From Lama glama (taxonomy: Eukaryota): a stretch of DNA of 64,000 nucleotides. The position numbers and the translations under genes are program-made. The notes under the pieces were generated by a model. That model was not told the origin of the DNA, searched no databases, and was given only the letters and a program-made list of their open reading frames with translations. The stretch is from positions 40,302,001-40,366,000 of the forward strand of contig CM052818.1 of NCBI GenBank assembly GCA_028534125.1. Direction: 5' to 3'. Of this stretch, positions 1 through 13,585 are shown in pieces (within the stretch, counting starts at the first letter, position 1; the number at the start of each line of letters is the position of its first letter).

Positions 1-192
1 AGTATATATAAAATAGATAAACAACAAGGTCCCACTGTATAGCACAGGGAACTATATTCAATACCTTGTAATGGCCTATAATGAAAAAGAATATTAAAAG
101 GAGATTATATACATATATATATATATAATGAATCACTATGCTGTACACCAAAAATTAATACATTATAATCCGACTATACTTCAATTAAAAAA
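1..192 (+). mobile_element. L1 3' UTR end (cetartiodactyl-type), truncated by the window edge
   Basis: Typical L1 tail 'aacaacaaggtcccactgtatagcacagggaactatattcaata...gaatcactatgctgtacacc...tatacttcaattaaaaaa' ending in an A-run. Confidence 0.8.
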
Positions 193-3100
193 ATGTGTTC
201 ATGGTTCAATAATTGACGTAAGTGCTTTAACCATTCATTCTAGGACTGAGTATCAGTTACCTCAAGAGCAAAATCTTTATGGAAAGACCAGCAGATATAC
301 TAGTACCAAGCCCCCACTGTAGAGCTTCAGTATTCAACGTAAATCCCAGCCTGACTGACAACATCATCATAGACCAGGTAGTAGTAACCTATGTAACCTC
401 TAATCCAAAAAACATTTGGCAAGAACTAGAAATGTCAGCAAATGAAGAGGGAAGGAAGAGCCTGAGGTAATAAGAGTGCTTCAGCCTCAGACAGGGATAA
501 GATGGATGGTCAGCGATAGGGCTGTGCCAGAAACTAGTAGCATGGATGATTTGTCTTGGAAGAGCTTGTCGAAAACAGTAATTCTTGTTTACGTGCAATT
601 TTTACAGTACTTTCCTTGAAAAACATGAAGGTTCTCCACACAATACCTCACGTTCTTCCAGGGAACAATGATAAGAAATAGCTTTGGGCTCTAACAAGGT
701 TGGCGAGAATGAGAGTCATCAGAGGACAACAAGGACACTGGGCGGCAGAGGGAGACTTGCATGGAAACAATAAACTCAGATGTGTCGGGGCATAAGGAGG
801 AAGAGAAGTCAGTCTAGTGGTGCTGATCTTTGCTCTCATTCCAGAAAGGGCCTGGCTATTTCCAGATTCTCCCCACCAACCTTCTGTCACCTTTCCTTTT
901 ATATCTCAAATTATAAGTGTCTGGAGGGTGGGGAATCACCTATCTGACTACAGAAACACAGTAAACACTTGTCCCGTGAGTGATTGAAATCCATGTAATC
1001 TTTGAAGTGCGTAAGTACCTACATCTACAACTCTACATTTTCTTGCTCCCCAAATGTCATAATTATCATGTTCTACAAGTTAGCGTGGCTAAATCTCATT
1101 GTCTTTTTTTTCCTGGGAGTGTAAACAATGAAACAATGTGGTCACGAGTCTTTTCCACTTGCGCAGGGCAGGAAGCTGTAGAACCAAGTTCTGTGCTGCT
1201 AATGGTCTCAGTGCCCTTGGGCTCAATATTTAACCCTTCTTCACATCACTACAAAGTAACCTGATTAAAGCTTGAGAGGGAATATATGATCTTATGCCGC
1301 TTTCAGTCAAAAGATTCTGCTAAGCCCTTTGCAGTATTTGGTGGACAATTTTTTTAACTGTGAAATTTGCATAAAACTATACATAAGATTACTTTTCGGA
1401 AAGCATCCCGAATCTAAAGTGAAAACAAATGCTACAGGCAAGGTGGCATGGTATATCAAGAGAGTCACTGAACAGGGAGTTAAGACATCAGAGTTCTGGT
1501 TATGTCTCAGCTTTAAATTGTCATGGGAAGTTGGACATATTATTCACATCTTCTGGCCCTTTTTTCCCCCATAAGTAGATTGAAAGGGTTAGTATAGGAT
1601 AACCTCAAAAGGTTCTTCATAGCCCTAAAACTGAAAAAAGTCTGGTGGTAATTTAATATGGGGCCAGATTTACACAATACACATATATTATGCTCCTGAA
1701 TATAAAAGCATAGAATGTGTGCTATTTATAATGAGCTGCTACAAAAATGATTTAATTTCATAAACTGGGCAAAGAGATGCTTTATGAAGTAACTTCACTA
1801 AGGAAGAAAATGAAAATGAATTTGGATCTGAAGAAATAAATGAGGAAGGAAAAGATTTTGGTGACTTTCCAAAACTATACTTAAGCCAAAGTGTTCAGGG
1901 AAAATTTAGCAATATTTATTTAAGATAAAAATTACAGGATTTAAACACGTTGTTCTAATTTTAATATCGAATAGAGGCTTTAAATGGAAATTAGTACATT
2001 TACTCCCACAAGATGAAGAAATCAAAAAAAAAAATTTCAGGCAAAACAGTGGTAAGTAACTTACAGAAGTATTTTAGTTATCTATGACTAAGAAATTGGT
2101 AAGCATAATACATATATTAGAACTATTTCTTATAAAGCAATCTGAAAAGATAACACGTTTGATTTCACAAAATACAAACCATATAGACATTTCTATAATA
2201 TCCTTAGTAAAATATACACTAAATAATGCTCTTGAATTGCCCTGAAAATCTAATCAACCTTCATGAAACACTGAATCCATGGGAAATGTTTTAGTTTCTA
2301 AATAAAACAAAACTTGAAGTGAATTATCTGCTTATGGGCCATTGTTAAGTTGAGTACAGTAAATATCAGAGAACAGTAGTATCCTATAAATCCACAGGAA
2401 GACTCTATCTAGGGCATTAAAAACTCCCCAACCTTGTGTAGCCAATCTGGCATGCACCCCTCTGCCTACAGACACACCAGGTACAGTGTAAAACAGGACA
2501 ATCTGCACTTCCATTTTATTCACTGTTTTAGTTCTAAATCTCTCGCTCAGACCCCTTTCTTGCAGCTAAGTCCATACTATCCTCTAACATCTGTCTGCTA
2601 AACTTTGCCCACATGCTAAGTCTGTCACTTACCACCACCTTCCTAGCTTCAACCTTGCTCTTTCTCCACAACATTGCTCTCTTTATATGATTCCTCTGGC
2701 CACCCTGAACGAGCACCCCAAGACAGCCTGCTCCAGTGCACTCCACAGACGGGGACACCCTTAGCTCTGCCCAATCCATCAGAGGAAAACAAGACCAACA
2801 TTTTTATAATATTCTAAGAGGAAGTGTTAATTAACTGGTCAAAATCACATAATGCTGAAAAATGCCTCATTACTGCCTGATTATTTTAAAAATTGACTGA
2901 GGATAGAGACATAAAAGCATACTCATTTGACAGAATCAGAAATAATTGTTCATTTGGTCAGTGAATAATTATTAAGCACCTATTATATATCAAGCACTGT
3001 GTCAAGTACTGGGATCCAATGGTAAACAAGATATATTCCATGACCATGGCTATTATAAAATCTAGCAGAGATGAACTTTTGACAAGTTTATGGAAGATGA

Positions 3101-3794
3101 AGGTTATAAAATAGAGGTGCAAATACTACACACATGTATAAAAAAGAAAGCCTAGTTTATTCTGAGATGTCAAAGAAATCTGGAAGTCAGGGAAATATCC
3201 GTGTAAAATATTCCTTCTAAACCCTCAACTTACAAATAAAGGTATTCTGAGCTGGGAAGAGGAAATGACCAGCTTGCTCCAGGAATGAAAGCCTAAATGA
3301 GAAGCAGCTAACTCTATATACTTCTCTCCCCATCTCCCAACCCACTCACTAAGTGGAACTCTCCAAAACAGGTAACAGGTTAAGAAGTCTGCATTCTAGA
3401 GACAGGTGCTCAATAGGCAAGCAATCAAAACTGTTATGGTAAATGAGTATTTGTCAGCATTTCATTCAACTCCATGAAAATATTATAAGTAAAAGTAGGC
3501 AGTATGAGGTGAAACAAATGTTATCATACACTGGCAACACAAGTATTCCTTTCAGAAATTTAAATTCAGCCCAGCTGATATTTTACGTTCTTTAAGAAGC
3601 CTTTGTCAAGCCACAGGGAGTCCTCAGAAGTCCTGGCACGTTGGACTATCTGCACCACTCCTACAGCACTGATGCTTATTATGTGCACTGCCATTTTTTC
3701 ATGTGTACATTGTTTTAAGCTTGAGTACAGCAGAAACTACATATCAAAGCATTGTTCATAACCTTCAGTACTGAATAGTAATCAATGAATCATA

Positions 3795-4310
3795 TGTATG
3801 GTAGGTGGAAATCTAAGATGGCTTCCAAGATTCTCACCCCTGGTATGCACACCATGTGTGATTCCTTCACTTTGATTTTGGACAAGACCTTTGCATATGA
3901 TGGAAGAAGGGAGTGTCTATAGATAATTGAGAAACCTTAATCCACTGACTTTGAATCAATCAAAAGAAAGACTATATTGGATGTGCCTGACTTTATCAGA
4001 TTAGCTCTTTAAAAGAGACTGGAAACTTCAGAGATTCTCCTGCTGAGTTTGAAGGAGCCACTGCGAATTCTACAGCTACAAGGAAACGAATTCTGCCAAA
4101 AATCATGAGCTTGGAAGAGCACTTTTAACCTCAGATGAGATTGCTGTTCCAAACAATACCTTAACTGCAGCCTGTGGCACTCTGAGCAGGGAACCAAGCA
4201 AAGCTGTGCCCACACTGCTGAGTCACTAAAAACTGTGAGGTAATACATGGGTGTTGTGTTAAGCCACTAAGTTTCTGGTAAATTGGTTTGCAGTAATAGA
4301 AAACTAATGT
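3795..4310 (+). mobile_element. MaLR LTR relic (MLT1-type)
   Basis: Starts 'tgtatggtaggtggaaatctaagatggc' and ends 'gttaagccactaagtttctggtaaattggtttgcagtaatagaaaactaat', which are typical MLT1 termini. Confidence 0.7.
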
Positions 4311-4394
4311 AATAGCTGTGCACACTTGTGCAAGATGGTCTGGAAAGAGGGGAGCTGGTTTCTCCTGGCACACAGTGACAAATAGCATATTCAG

Positions 4395-4790
4395 CAGCTT
4401 GGCCTGCCATAACAAAATACACAAACTCAGTGGCTTAAACAACAGAAATGTATTTTCTCACTGTTCTGGAGGCTGGAAGTCCAAGATTACGGTTCCAGCA
4501 GGTAGGTTTCTGGTGAGGCCTTTGTCCTCAGCTGGTAAATGGTTACCTTCTCTCTATGTCCTCACGTGTTCCTTCCTTTGCAAATAAGAGGGAGAGACAG
4601 AGAGATCCCATGTGCTACGGTGCTTCTTCCTCTTCTTCTGAAGAAATGAGTTCTATCAGATTAGGGTCCCATCTTTATGACTCCATCTAATCTTAATTGC
4701 CTCTTTTAGAGGCCCCATCTCTAAATATAGTCATGGGGGGCAGGGCTCCAACATATGAATTTGGGGGGAACACAGTTCAATCCATAACAA
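4395..4790 (-). mobile_element. MaLR LTR relic (MLT1A/B/C-like)
   Basis: 'ctgccataacaaaatac...gtggcttaaacaacagaaatgtattttctcactgttctggaggctggaagtccaagat' through 'aacatatgaatttggggg..acacagttcaatccataaca'. Confidence 0.75.
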
Positions 4791-5524
4791 ATAGGTAACG
4801 CAAATAGATGGCAGAGGCATGGATGGGTGATGGTGGAAAACGAAGAAAAGGGATGCAACCTGGAAAATCGATGAAGGAATAACTGCCAGGGCCTGATGCT
4901 TACTTGGATACAGATGATGATGGAACAGTCCAAGCTGAGGCAAAGTATTCAGTTTGCAGGAGATTCACCAAAAGGGGTGCAGCTGACGAAAAAGAGAAAT
5001 CACCATTCCATAGAGGACCAGTATCCTGTTTGGATTATTAGGAAAAGAAGGATAGAAACAGGGCAAGGAATTTTGTTGAAATTAAGGAATCAGCAAGTCA
5101 CACAAACAGTTGTTTCCACCAGACAACGAGAAATAGAGGCTAAAAAAAGGAAATAAGAAGTTCACGTTTTAGCCAAAAGAATCACTGAAATGTAAATAGT
5201 TACAGAATTGTTACAATTAAGATTGAAATTAGTGAAAAATTTGTGGATTTTTTTTCTATTTTTAAAAGTAAATTTTTTGTTTCCTAACGATTAGCTCATT
5301 TTATTTTGTTTGATCCAGTTGAGTGTGGAAATGTGATCAAATACAATTTTACTAAAGCTTGAAACATTTCATATAGCAGTTCTAAAGTATAAGACATAGA
5401 CCTCATGAGGCTGTGATTACAGAGTTTTGTGCTAATAAAAAAAGTGTACAAACTCTAAATCTCCACCAGAGATCTGTGAGGCCCATTACTTATGAGCAAT
5501 TCTGAAGTCAGTAGGATAATCTAG

Positions 5525-5690
5525 AGCAGTGGTTCCCAAATCTGGTTGCATAGTAGCATCACTGAGGGGTATTCACTAAAATGCAGATTAACAGGGTTCA
5601 CTCCTAGTGGGTCTTGGAGCCGAACTTGGATACTTCTAAGTTTAAATTGTCCTCAGACAAATCTGATGCATGGCTACAGTGTTGGTCTGG
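5525..5690. mobile_element. MER5-like hAT-Charlie relic
   Basis: 'gcagtggttcccaaatctggttgcatag..catcactgagggg...aaaatgcagat' terminus. Confidence 0.5.
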
Positions 5691-6629
5691 AACAGGCTAG
5701 CAAGATACTTCTTGTGGTGACCTTGTGCTTTATTCCTCTGTCATCATGATCATTAAAGTAATTCCTACTAGACACTGCAATTAGCCTCATTCAATAAAGG
5801 AGGGAACTAAGGTTTAAAAGAAGTGGCCTTTCCCATTTACTGTTCTACATGGTAGAACACAATCCAAGACTGTCCAACATGCCCTTTTCACTACACTAAG
5901 CTCCCTTCCAGTGTCTGAGAAATCCTGCATCTCATTCAGAAATTTCTAAATGTATCCAAGAAATTCCAATAAATACTTTCTTAGTATCTACATACTTACG
6001 TGCACTGTATAAACAATGAGAAAGCACAGCAGTCCTAGCAAAGCAAAACAGTGAGAAGGAGGCAGAAGGAGGGGCCACTGCTTTCCAGTAGGCTGGCATG
6101 CAAAACCGGACAGCTTCCAAGATTGAAAGCATGAGGGAAGAATGGGTTATCCCGAGTGTCAGGAGCCTGCAAGACGTGTGTCCTAAGGAGCCCTCTCTGA
6201 AGAAGCAAGTCAGTTCCCTGTGAGCAGCTCCCAGTGGCGGCTCCTGGTCCTCTGTCTTGCTCTTGTTTGACCTGCATTCAAATCTGTTGCAAATGCATTG
6301 TCACCATCCCTCCTGCCACCTTTCAGATCTCATTCCTGGTAGGAGTAACCACTGACTACAGGCAGGGGCTGTGTTCTAACTGTGCCACCTACTGATCTCG
6401 CCTCTGTAAATTCATGCTTAATCACCTGCTACTCAGTGAAATGCTGAATCGTTCAAATAAACATTGCTGGGAGAGCTCAGATCAACAACTTAGGCCTGTG
6501 AAAGGGAGTGAGTGGGGAGGCCAGCCTTCTGGCTCCAGCTGGACTATTACTGTACCTGATCATCTGCTGATTTCCCACACACTCTCATCCTGATTCCTAG
6601 AGGGGTTAGGTCCTTCCTCTTTGGAAATT

Positions 6630-6960
6630 CATTTTCTCAAAGTTCCAGAAGCTGATAGTCCAAGATCAAGGTGTTGGCAGTGTTGGTTCCTTCTGAGGCT
6701 TCTCTCCTTGGCTTGTAGGTGGTCATCTTCTCCCTGTGTCTTCACATGATCTTCCCTCAGTGTCTGCCAGTGTCCTAATCTCTGCTCCTTATAGGGACAC
6801 TAGTCCTATTGGTTTAGGGCCCACCATATGACCTCATGTTACACTAATTATTTCTTTAAAGGCCCTATCTCCAAATATAGGCCTTATTTCACATTCTGAG
6901 GTGCTGGAGGGTAGGACTTCAACATATGAATGGAACAGAGTACATAAATCAGCATAGCAT
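6630..6960 (-). mobile_element. MaLR LTR fragment (MLT1-type)
   Basis: 'agtccaagatcaaggtgttggcagtgttggttccttctgaggcttctctccttggcttgtagg...gacttcaacatatgaat'. Confidence 0.7.
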
Positions 6961-7684
6961 CCAGTGAAATGAGCACTTTCATCCTGTTAGACTAAGTTTT
7001 TCTGTTCATGAGTAATCTCAGAATTCTAAGTGGGGAGAATCATCTCCCTGAGGTATATTATCATCCCTTTGGAAGAGGTAAATGCTCTCATATAATTGGT
7101 GGAGCCTGGAAGGACAGGCCCTGAAGAAGGCAGAGACAGACTGATGAAGCTTAATAGAGCTTACACATCAGGGCCTGCCATTATGACTTCTAGGACCCTT
7201 AGAGTGTTCTGGCAGCAAAGGGAAAGGAAGGCCACAGTCAGGAAGCATTTCTAGACAAGCATATCTGGTGAACTAGCAAAGAGATTTCAGAAAAAGACAT
7301 CTGGATCTCCAAGGCTCCAGTAATTTGTTGTGATTTTGTTTCATGTCCTTAATAAATATTTACCTTTACACCTAATTTTATATTAAAATGTCTTTTTTCT
7401 GTTAAGCTTCAGACTCCCAAAAACTAGAGCTGCCCCTGTGGGAGTGGATTTGAAACAGACAAAATTCTTTCTCACAGCTTAGACACTGAAATGTCTGGAA
7501 ATCTAGGATGAAGTTCCTGAGTTGGAGCGTTCAATCGTCTAAAGAGAAGCGGAAGAGAGTTGGGAAGTGAACAAGCAAAAGGTACTTGTCTCTGGAGTTT
7601 CGCGAGATTGACACAGAGCTGATGGAACTCGCACACTGGTACCATCTACTCTTGGTGAAACTTATTTATCTTTGAAGTATTCCA

Positions 7685-7854
7685 GGGAGGAGGGTATAGC
7701 TCAAGTGGTAGAGCACATGCTTAGCGTGCACGAGGAACTGGGTTTAATCCCCAGTACCTCCTCTAAAAATAAACAAACCTAATTACCTGCCCCCACTGCC
7801 AAAATAAAATACTTAAATAATACAATTATAAATAAATTGAATATTTAAAAAATA
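7685..7854 (+). mobile_element. tRNA-derived SINE, Vic-1-like (camelid)
   Basis: Head GGGAGGAGGGTATAGCTCAAGTGGTAGAGCACATGCTTAGC with A-box (TAGCTCAAGTGG) and degenerate B-box (GGTTTAATCCC), an A-rich tail, and TSD AAGTATTC at 7675-7682 and 7855-7862. Confidence 0.8.
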
Positions 7855-9529
7855 AAGTATTCAGTTCTGACCTGCTATCCATGCTAAAAAAATTCCATTG
7901 TAGAGAGAAAAAAAATATTTCTCTGGCAAATAGTTAAAAAGCCTATATATACTGATTGAAAAATCATCTTTAATAGGAAGTAAGAGACTCCTTTTCCCAG
8001 CAACCTAATTCGCAAACCATGCCTTTGTAATCAGATCCATGTGGCACTAAGGACCACACAATTCACGTTTCCCAGAGCTTATGTGTCCTTTACCAACTAA
8101 TAACCCCAGCTACACAGCTACAATCTGTACGACGCCAACTGCCAGGCTTAAAGGCCCTAAACTGCAAGATCTATGCAGAGAAAGCCATAACGCCTTATGC
8201 AGATGTTAGTGGTACTCAAAATCTCATTTTCCTCGTGTTATTTTCAGCTCTAAATCCCAGTCCCTCTAAACATGGCTCAATTATTGCTGGCCAATGAGCT
8301 TATATTTGGGGTTTATACATAATAAATATGAGTCGAGTTTAGGACTAGCTGAGAATTAGACACAGCTAATGTATGACTTAAAGTGACTAGATCAGAGGAT
8401 GTGAATTAGATGAATAGCCACAGTGAACCTTCTAATAGTTCCTCCAAACTTCAATTTACCCTAAAGCAGAGTGGACAGCTGGAGGTGTACCCAGCTGACC
8501 AGAATCCCCAGGTAATCTGACCACATAGCAAAGAGAAGACCAGGGGGACCCTCGATGTGAATGGCCATATCTGAGAGCAACTGAGTCTAGGAGCCGAACC
8601 AAACTGCCTGCCTCCAAACTCACCCATTAGATAAGTCTTGCCTATCCCTGTGGAAAGGACTGAGTAGACTAGAGGGTAAAAATCTCCAGATGTCCCTCTG
8701 GCCAGAGCACTGAAACATAAAGCACAGGGAGTGTGGGTTTCCATCCAACAGCACTGGCAACAAATAGCTCAAGTCTCAAAAATGTTTTGATCCTTAGATC
8801 AAGTAAAGGCATTTCCAAAAATATATCCAAAAAAACAATTAGTGAAACAAACAAGCAGTTACGTACCAATATCCTCATTTTAATATTAGAGCAGGAAAAA
8901 AAATCAAGACAATAAGGAGAAAGAATAGCATGTCATTATTACAATGTTTTCTAAATTCTTTCTAAATGAAATAAAAAGACATTCATGTTGTTAATAGTGA
9001 ATTTTTAAAAGGCAACAAAATTGTATTACAACAAAATCTCGAAATGTTTTGAAGTGTTTCCACAAAAATGTAAAATAGATTAAAAAACATCACAGGTATA
9101 TTTTTTCATATTATGTATTTTCTAAATGTTCTACAAGGAACATATATTACTTATACAATCAGGATAAGATTGCTTGTTTTAATCTTCCCGGCATATCCAA
9201 TCCATGATTTCCTATGTATGCTAATTTCATAAAACTAAAAGGAATTTTATATTTGAGTATTACTCTTCTCATGACTTAAACAAAAACAAACCTAAATCTG
9301 TATAGCACATTACCATATAGAGAACAAGAGAAAATTCAAATCTGAATAGATACCCCCATTATTTCCACAGTGTAAAACAGAAAATACATATTTTATCCTA
9401 CTGCTATAATTTATCTGAAAAGTGGGAACAGACATCTAATATACCTATTGATTTTAGTGAAACTAATCAATGATGAAATAAATTCATTTCTGTGAACAAC
9501 AGCAATAGCATCTTTTAATTATTCATGAC

Positions 9530-9705
9530 AAGGGTTGCCAGATAAATACAGCATGTTCAATAAAATTTGAATTCATGATAAGTAATGTTTATTATAACTA
9601 TGTCCTTTGCAATATTTGAGAGGGTCCATGCAACATTTAGAATATACTTACACTAATAAATTATTTATTGTTTATCTGAAATACCTATTTAATTGGCCAC
9701 CCTGA
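9530..9705. mobile_element. MER33-like hAT DNA transposon relic
   Basis: Termini 'agggttgccagataaa' and 'ttggccaccctg'; internal 'aatatacttacactaataaattatttattgtttatctgaaat'. Confidence 0.6.
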
Positions 9706-12700
9706 CTTTTTATTTGCTCCTCTGCCAACCCCATTCATGATAGCATTTCAGAAAGCCACATTTTCTGCTCTGAATATTTATTACTCTAGCTCCAGCAGGG
9801 GCTAGAACAACTGAATTAACCAGAAAACAGTTCATCAAGCTAAAACTAGAGTTTTCTAATTCACAAGGAAACACTCTCGGGGAGGACACTTGAAGAGATT
9901 CCAAGCTTGTAAAACTTGTGTATGCCACACTATAATTGCCTTTGCAGACCTCTCTCTCCCTGTCCCTGTTGAACAATCCCAAATAAAATAAGAACAGCAG
10001 GGAATCCAAGCGCCCTCGTTTCCAAACTAATTCTAAATTAAATATGTGGGAGCCCAGCAGCCCTCCCTTGACACTGCCGGCACGGAACCACACCACTGCA
10101 CCATGCGACAGCGCGGGAGGAGGGGGCTGCACCAGCTGTGGTCCCTCGCTGAAGCACAGAAAGCAGGAAGCCAAGGATCACCAATGGAATACCTGTTACC
10201 ACTGGAAGAAACAAGGAAGAAGATGTCTGGCCTCTTTCTTCTTATTCCAAAGACACTATCCCACGTTGTGATCACAGTAAACTGAAGGCTGACCAAGGAT
10301 AAGAAGGGCACTCGGACCACTGATGAATTACTACCCTATGGCTGTTATTCTATCGTTCTATGAACAGTAGATAAAGATACAGACCAAAGGATGCAGAAAT
10401 TAAACCCTCTGCTTCACAAATAGGTGAGGACTCACCCTCCAGAAGACTTTGGTAGCCAGGTGGCTCTCCGGATCCTTTATGAAGTGCCAAATTCAAACCT
10501 CAAAAGATATCTACTCATTGTTCGGTAAAGTTGTTTAAAATGAAGATTAGCAACAATACTGAAGTCTGAGGACCAGATCAGCAGGAATAGGAAGGAATCC
10601 AGCAGAGGGCCTCAAACGATAACATGTTCATTGTCTGACCTTTTAACCAGAAGACCCACCATGCCAACAGGGACTTACAAGGGCAGATCCTGGTTCCTCC
10701 CCTGATAACCTCCCCTCCCTTCAATTCTCCAAGACATGCCCCAGCCCAGCAAGGAGGTTTTATAGCCTAGTAGAAAAAGTCACAAGTAGATAATTTCAGG
10801 GTTAACTCCTGCTGTTCAATCACAAATATGGTCCTAGGACTCAAGCTGATGAATCAGATGTTAATCACCCTTAAATTATACATTTATTCACCCTGCTACT
10901 GTCCTGTTCACCTGTCACTATCCTGCACACACAAAGTGAGGATAAGCACCATTGTCCAACAGTTTGAAATCTATACTATTAGTCCAGTGGAATCCTTACT
11001 ATTAGCCCAATGCTGATTGGATGCAAACCGAGAAACAGAAATCATGTTTTCTGTATTCTTATTTTTGCAACTTAAACATCATTTGCTTTCAAAATTAATC
11101 AAGCATTTGTTTTGCATCTTGCTGAAAAGCCAACGTTATTCTGGTGTGTAGTTAGCAGATTTTCTTTTAGCCCCATCCTTTACAATACTATAAACTTTGG
11201 TTATGAAGAACTTGCCTTAAGAGCATGTGGGAATACTGCTCCTAGTCTTCTTTACTCAGACTAGTTTCTCAGCTGAATTTTTCTTACCTATCTGTGCTGA
11301 TTGCCTCCACAGGTCCTGTGGCTGGAAGTTTCCATTCAGCCAGCACTACGGCATACACAAAGAAACAGAGACCTGAAAGAAACGACTCCTATCCTTTAGG
11401 AATAAATTCTATTCTTCTTCCTTTTTAATAATGATACTGGCAATGAAAGGCATTTGAAAATCTTCCAAAAATTGAAATGTACTGTCCCTATCAACAAAAT
11501 ACTTCTGATAACTGTTTGCAAAACAAGCTGCAGTGAGAACCTAAAAGTCTAGGCTCTCCATTGACACAGGCATCCACCAGTTTTGTCCTTCCTCACTGAA
11601 TCCATGGGAGTGTAGGAGGGGAGGGGTTTTTAAATCACCTTGGCTATCACTCTGTCTTGTGAGAGGACAGCATCTAAACTAAGACGATTTTATCAGGCTA
11701 CTTTCCCTTCACAGAAATGAAAGCTGGGTTAATCATCTCCTGGGTATCTTCATCAGGAGAGGGAAACTCTACTGCTGTGCCTCAGAAAGGACCACCCCCC
11801 TCCTTTGGTATGGCGTTGGGGTATGGTATGGGGGGGGGCAGAAAGTCTGGTTGTGTACCAGGGCTTCTATGTGCTAGAAGTACATAAGGAACATTACATA
11901 AGGCCCGGTGTCAGTGTCAGTGTCCTCATCTACAACATAGGAATGAAACCCTGCCGGCCTCCTAGACCTATGAGAGGAAATGAATGAGATCATGTGACAA
12001 AAATATTCTGCAGACTGCAACCCTGATAAAAGCAAGTTCATAGCCTGCGAGCTCTAGCTACAGAGGAGAATCAGTCTCTAGAGACTCCCCTCAAAGCAGA
12101 GGCAGAAATTGTGATTTGAAAATATGCTTTTATTTTAATATAAATGTTTTAATCGATGCATATCTGCATCAAACACATATGCTACTCTGGGAAAAAAAAA
12201 TAGCATGCTGGTATTTTCAGTTTGTTTATTTTAGACCACTTATAGAATAGCATGGTTTCTCTCTCCATAAAAGCCTTTCCTGATCAATAATGTGTTTAAC
12301 CTCAACGTTAAGGAGGTATTTAAATTAACACATGATTCTCAAGTTCTTTCTTCCCAGGGCAGTTCCGCAGAGTAACTTGCTGAATACTGTTTTTGTCTGG
12401 GCCAAATCAACTCGCAATGCAGAAACACATTACTGCAAAGTCTCATTATAAGACAGTGCCATCATGACAAAATGGTGAAAACCAGAGCAGTTTTTATTAA
12501 TAACAGCAGAACATAATTTCATGGGTTTTAATTTACCATTTTTATATTTTACCATGACATTATCCAGATATAAATTGTTATGGTGAGAAGCTATGCACTA
12601 GGGACAAAAAAAAAGTTAGAACTCTGCTTTTAAAAAAAGACCGTGCATATATCAGTGAAGGACACACTAATAAAGATTGGTCTGGAACATTTCTCTGTAT

Positions 12701-13418
12701 GACGATTGACTTATCAGCAATAGTTACTGCAGCAGAGTTGGAAATTACATAATTGCCAGAAACTGTAGATATTTGACTTGGCAAGAACCCTAGGTTTATC
12801 TGATTTATTTTTGTAAGAATTGGGCCCCGTGGATATTTAGAAATGTTTAATGAAAGAACAGTAGAATATAAATGAAACAAGCAAAAATCCTCTTTTCAAA
12901 GGCTGCATTTAACTCCATCGTCACTGTTGTGATAACACAAATAAACCAAAGACAAACCTTTGGTGACGGCGTTGGGGGAAGCACTACTCCAAATTAAAAC
13001 ATTATGAGCTACTAACATCTGGACATTTTCTCCCTTATCATAATCATTCTCATCCATTCTCTGCCCCCTGTTTATCAGCGGGCACTGCATAATGTGACAC
13101 GGAGCCTTGGAACACACGCACAGTGAAGAGGAACACAAAACACACAGGGCTATATTCATGTACGGGCAAGTTCTGACCTCTGTCTGCACTCAGTGGGGAG
13201 GCCATCCATTGTCAAGAAAAACAAAGCTAAAGGAAGACAGAGACAGAGAGAGAGAAACACAGAGAGAAAAAGGACAAGTGTTTTTTACTAACCAAAGGCT
13301 CTGTTCCGCCTTTGGATCTCCAGTGCCTGGAATAATGCTTGTTACAAAGCTGATTCTCAGTGAGTGTTTTGTTGTTGAATTGTAGCAAATGAGAAAAATG
13401 GACTGATTAAGAAAAATA

Positions 13419-13454
13419 ATAAAACAAAATAAAATAAAATAAAATAAAATAAAA
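13419..13454. repeat. (AAAAT)n microsatellite
   Basis: Direct reading. Confidence 0.85.
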
Positions 13455-13585
13455 CGGTTAGATACAGTGAGACTGACTGCAAAGACCTGGTTTCTATTCC
13501 TGGTTGTATCATCAACTTGCTATGTGACCTTAGGTAAGTCCTTTCTTCTTTCTAGACCTTGGTTTCCTCACCTATAAAACGAGTC
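13455..13585. mobile_element. MIR SINE fragment
   Basis: MIR core 'tgctatgtgaccttaggtaagtc...ttggtttcctcacctataaaa'. Confidence 0.65.

Noticed and set aside
7685..7765. Possible tRNA-Ala gene
   Set aside because: Degenerate B-box and stems, with an A-rich tail and TSD; it is a SINE.
9710..10174. 154-aa minus-strand ORF
   Set aside because: No recognisable homology, splice structure or promoter; length is compatible with chance.
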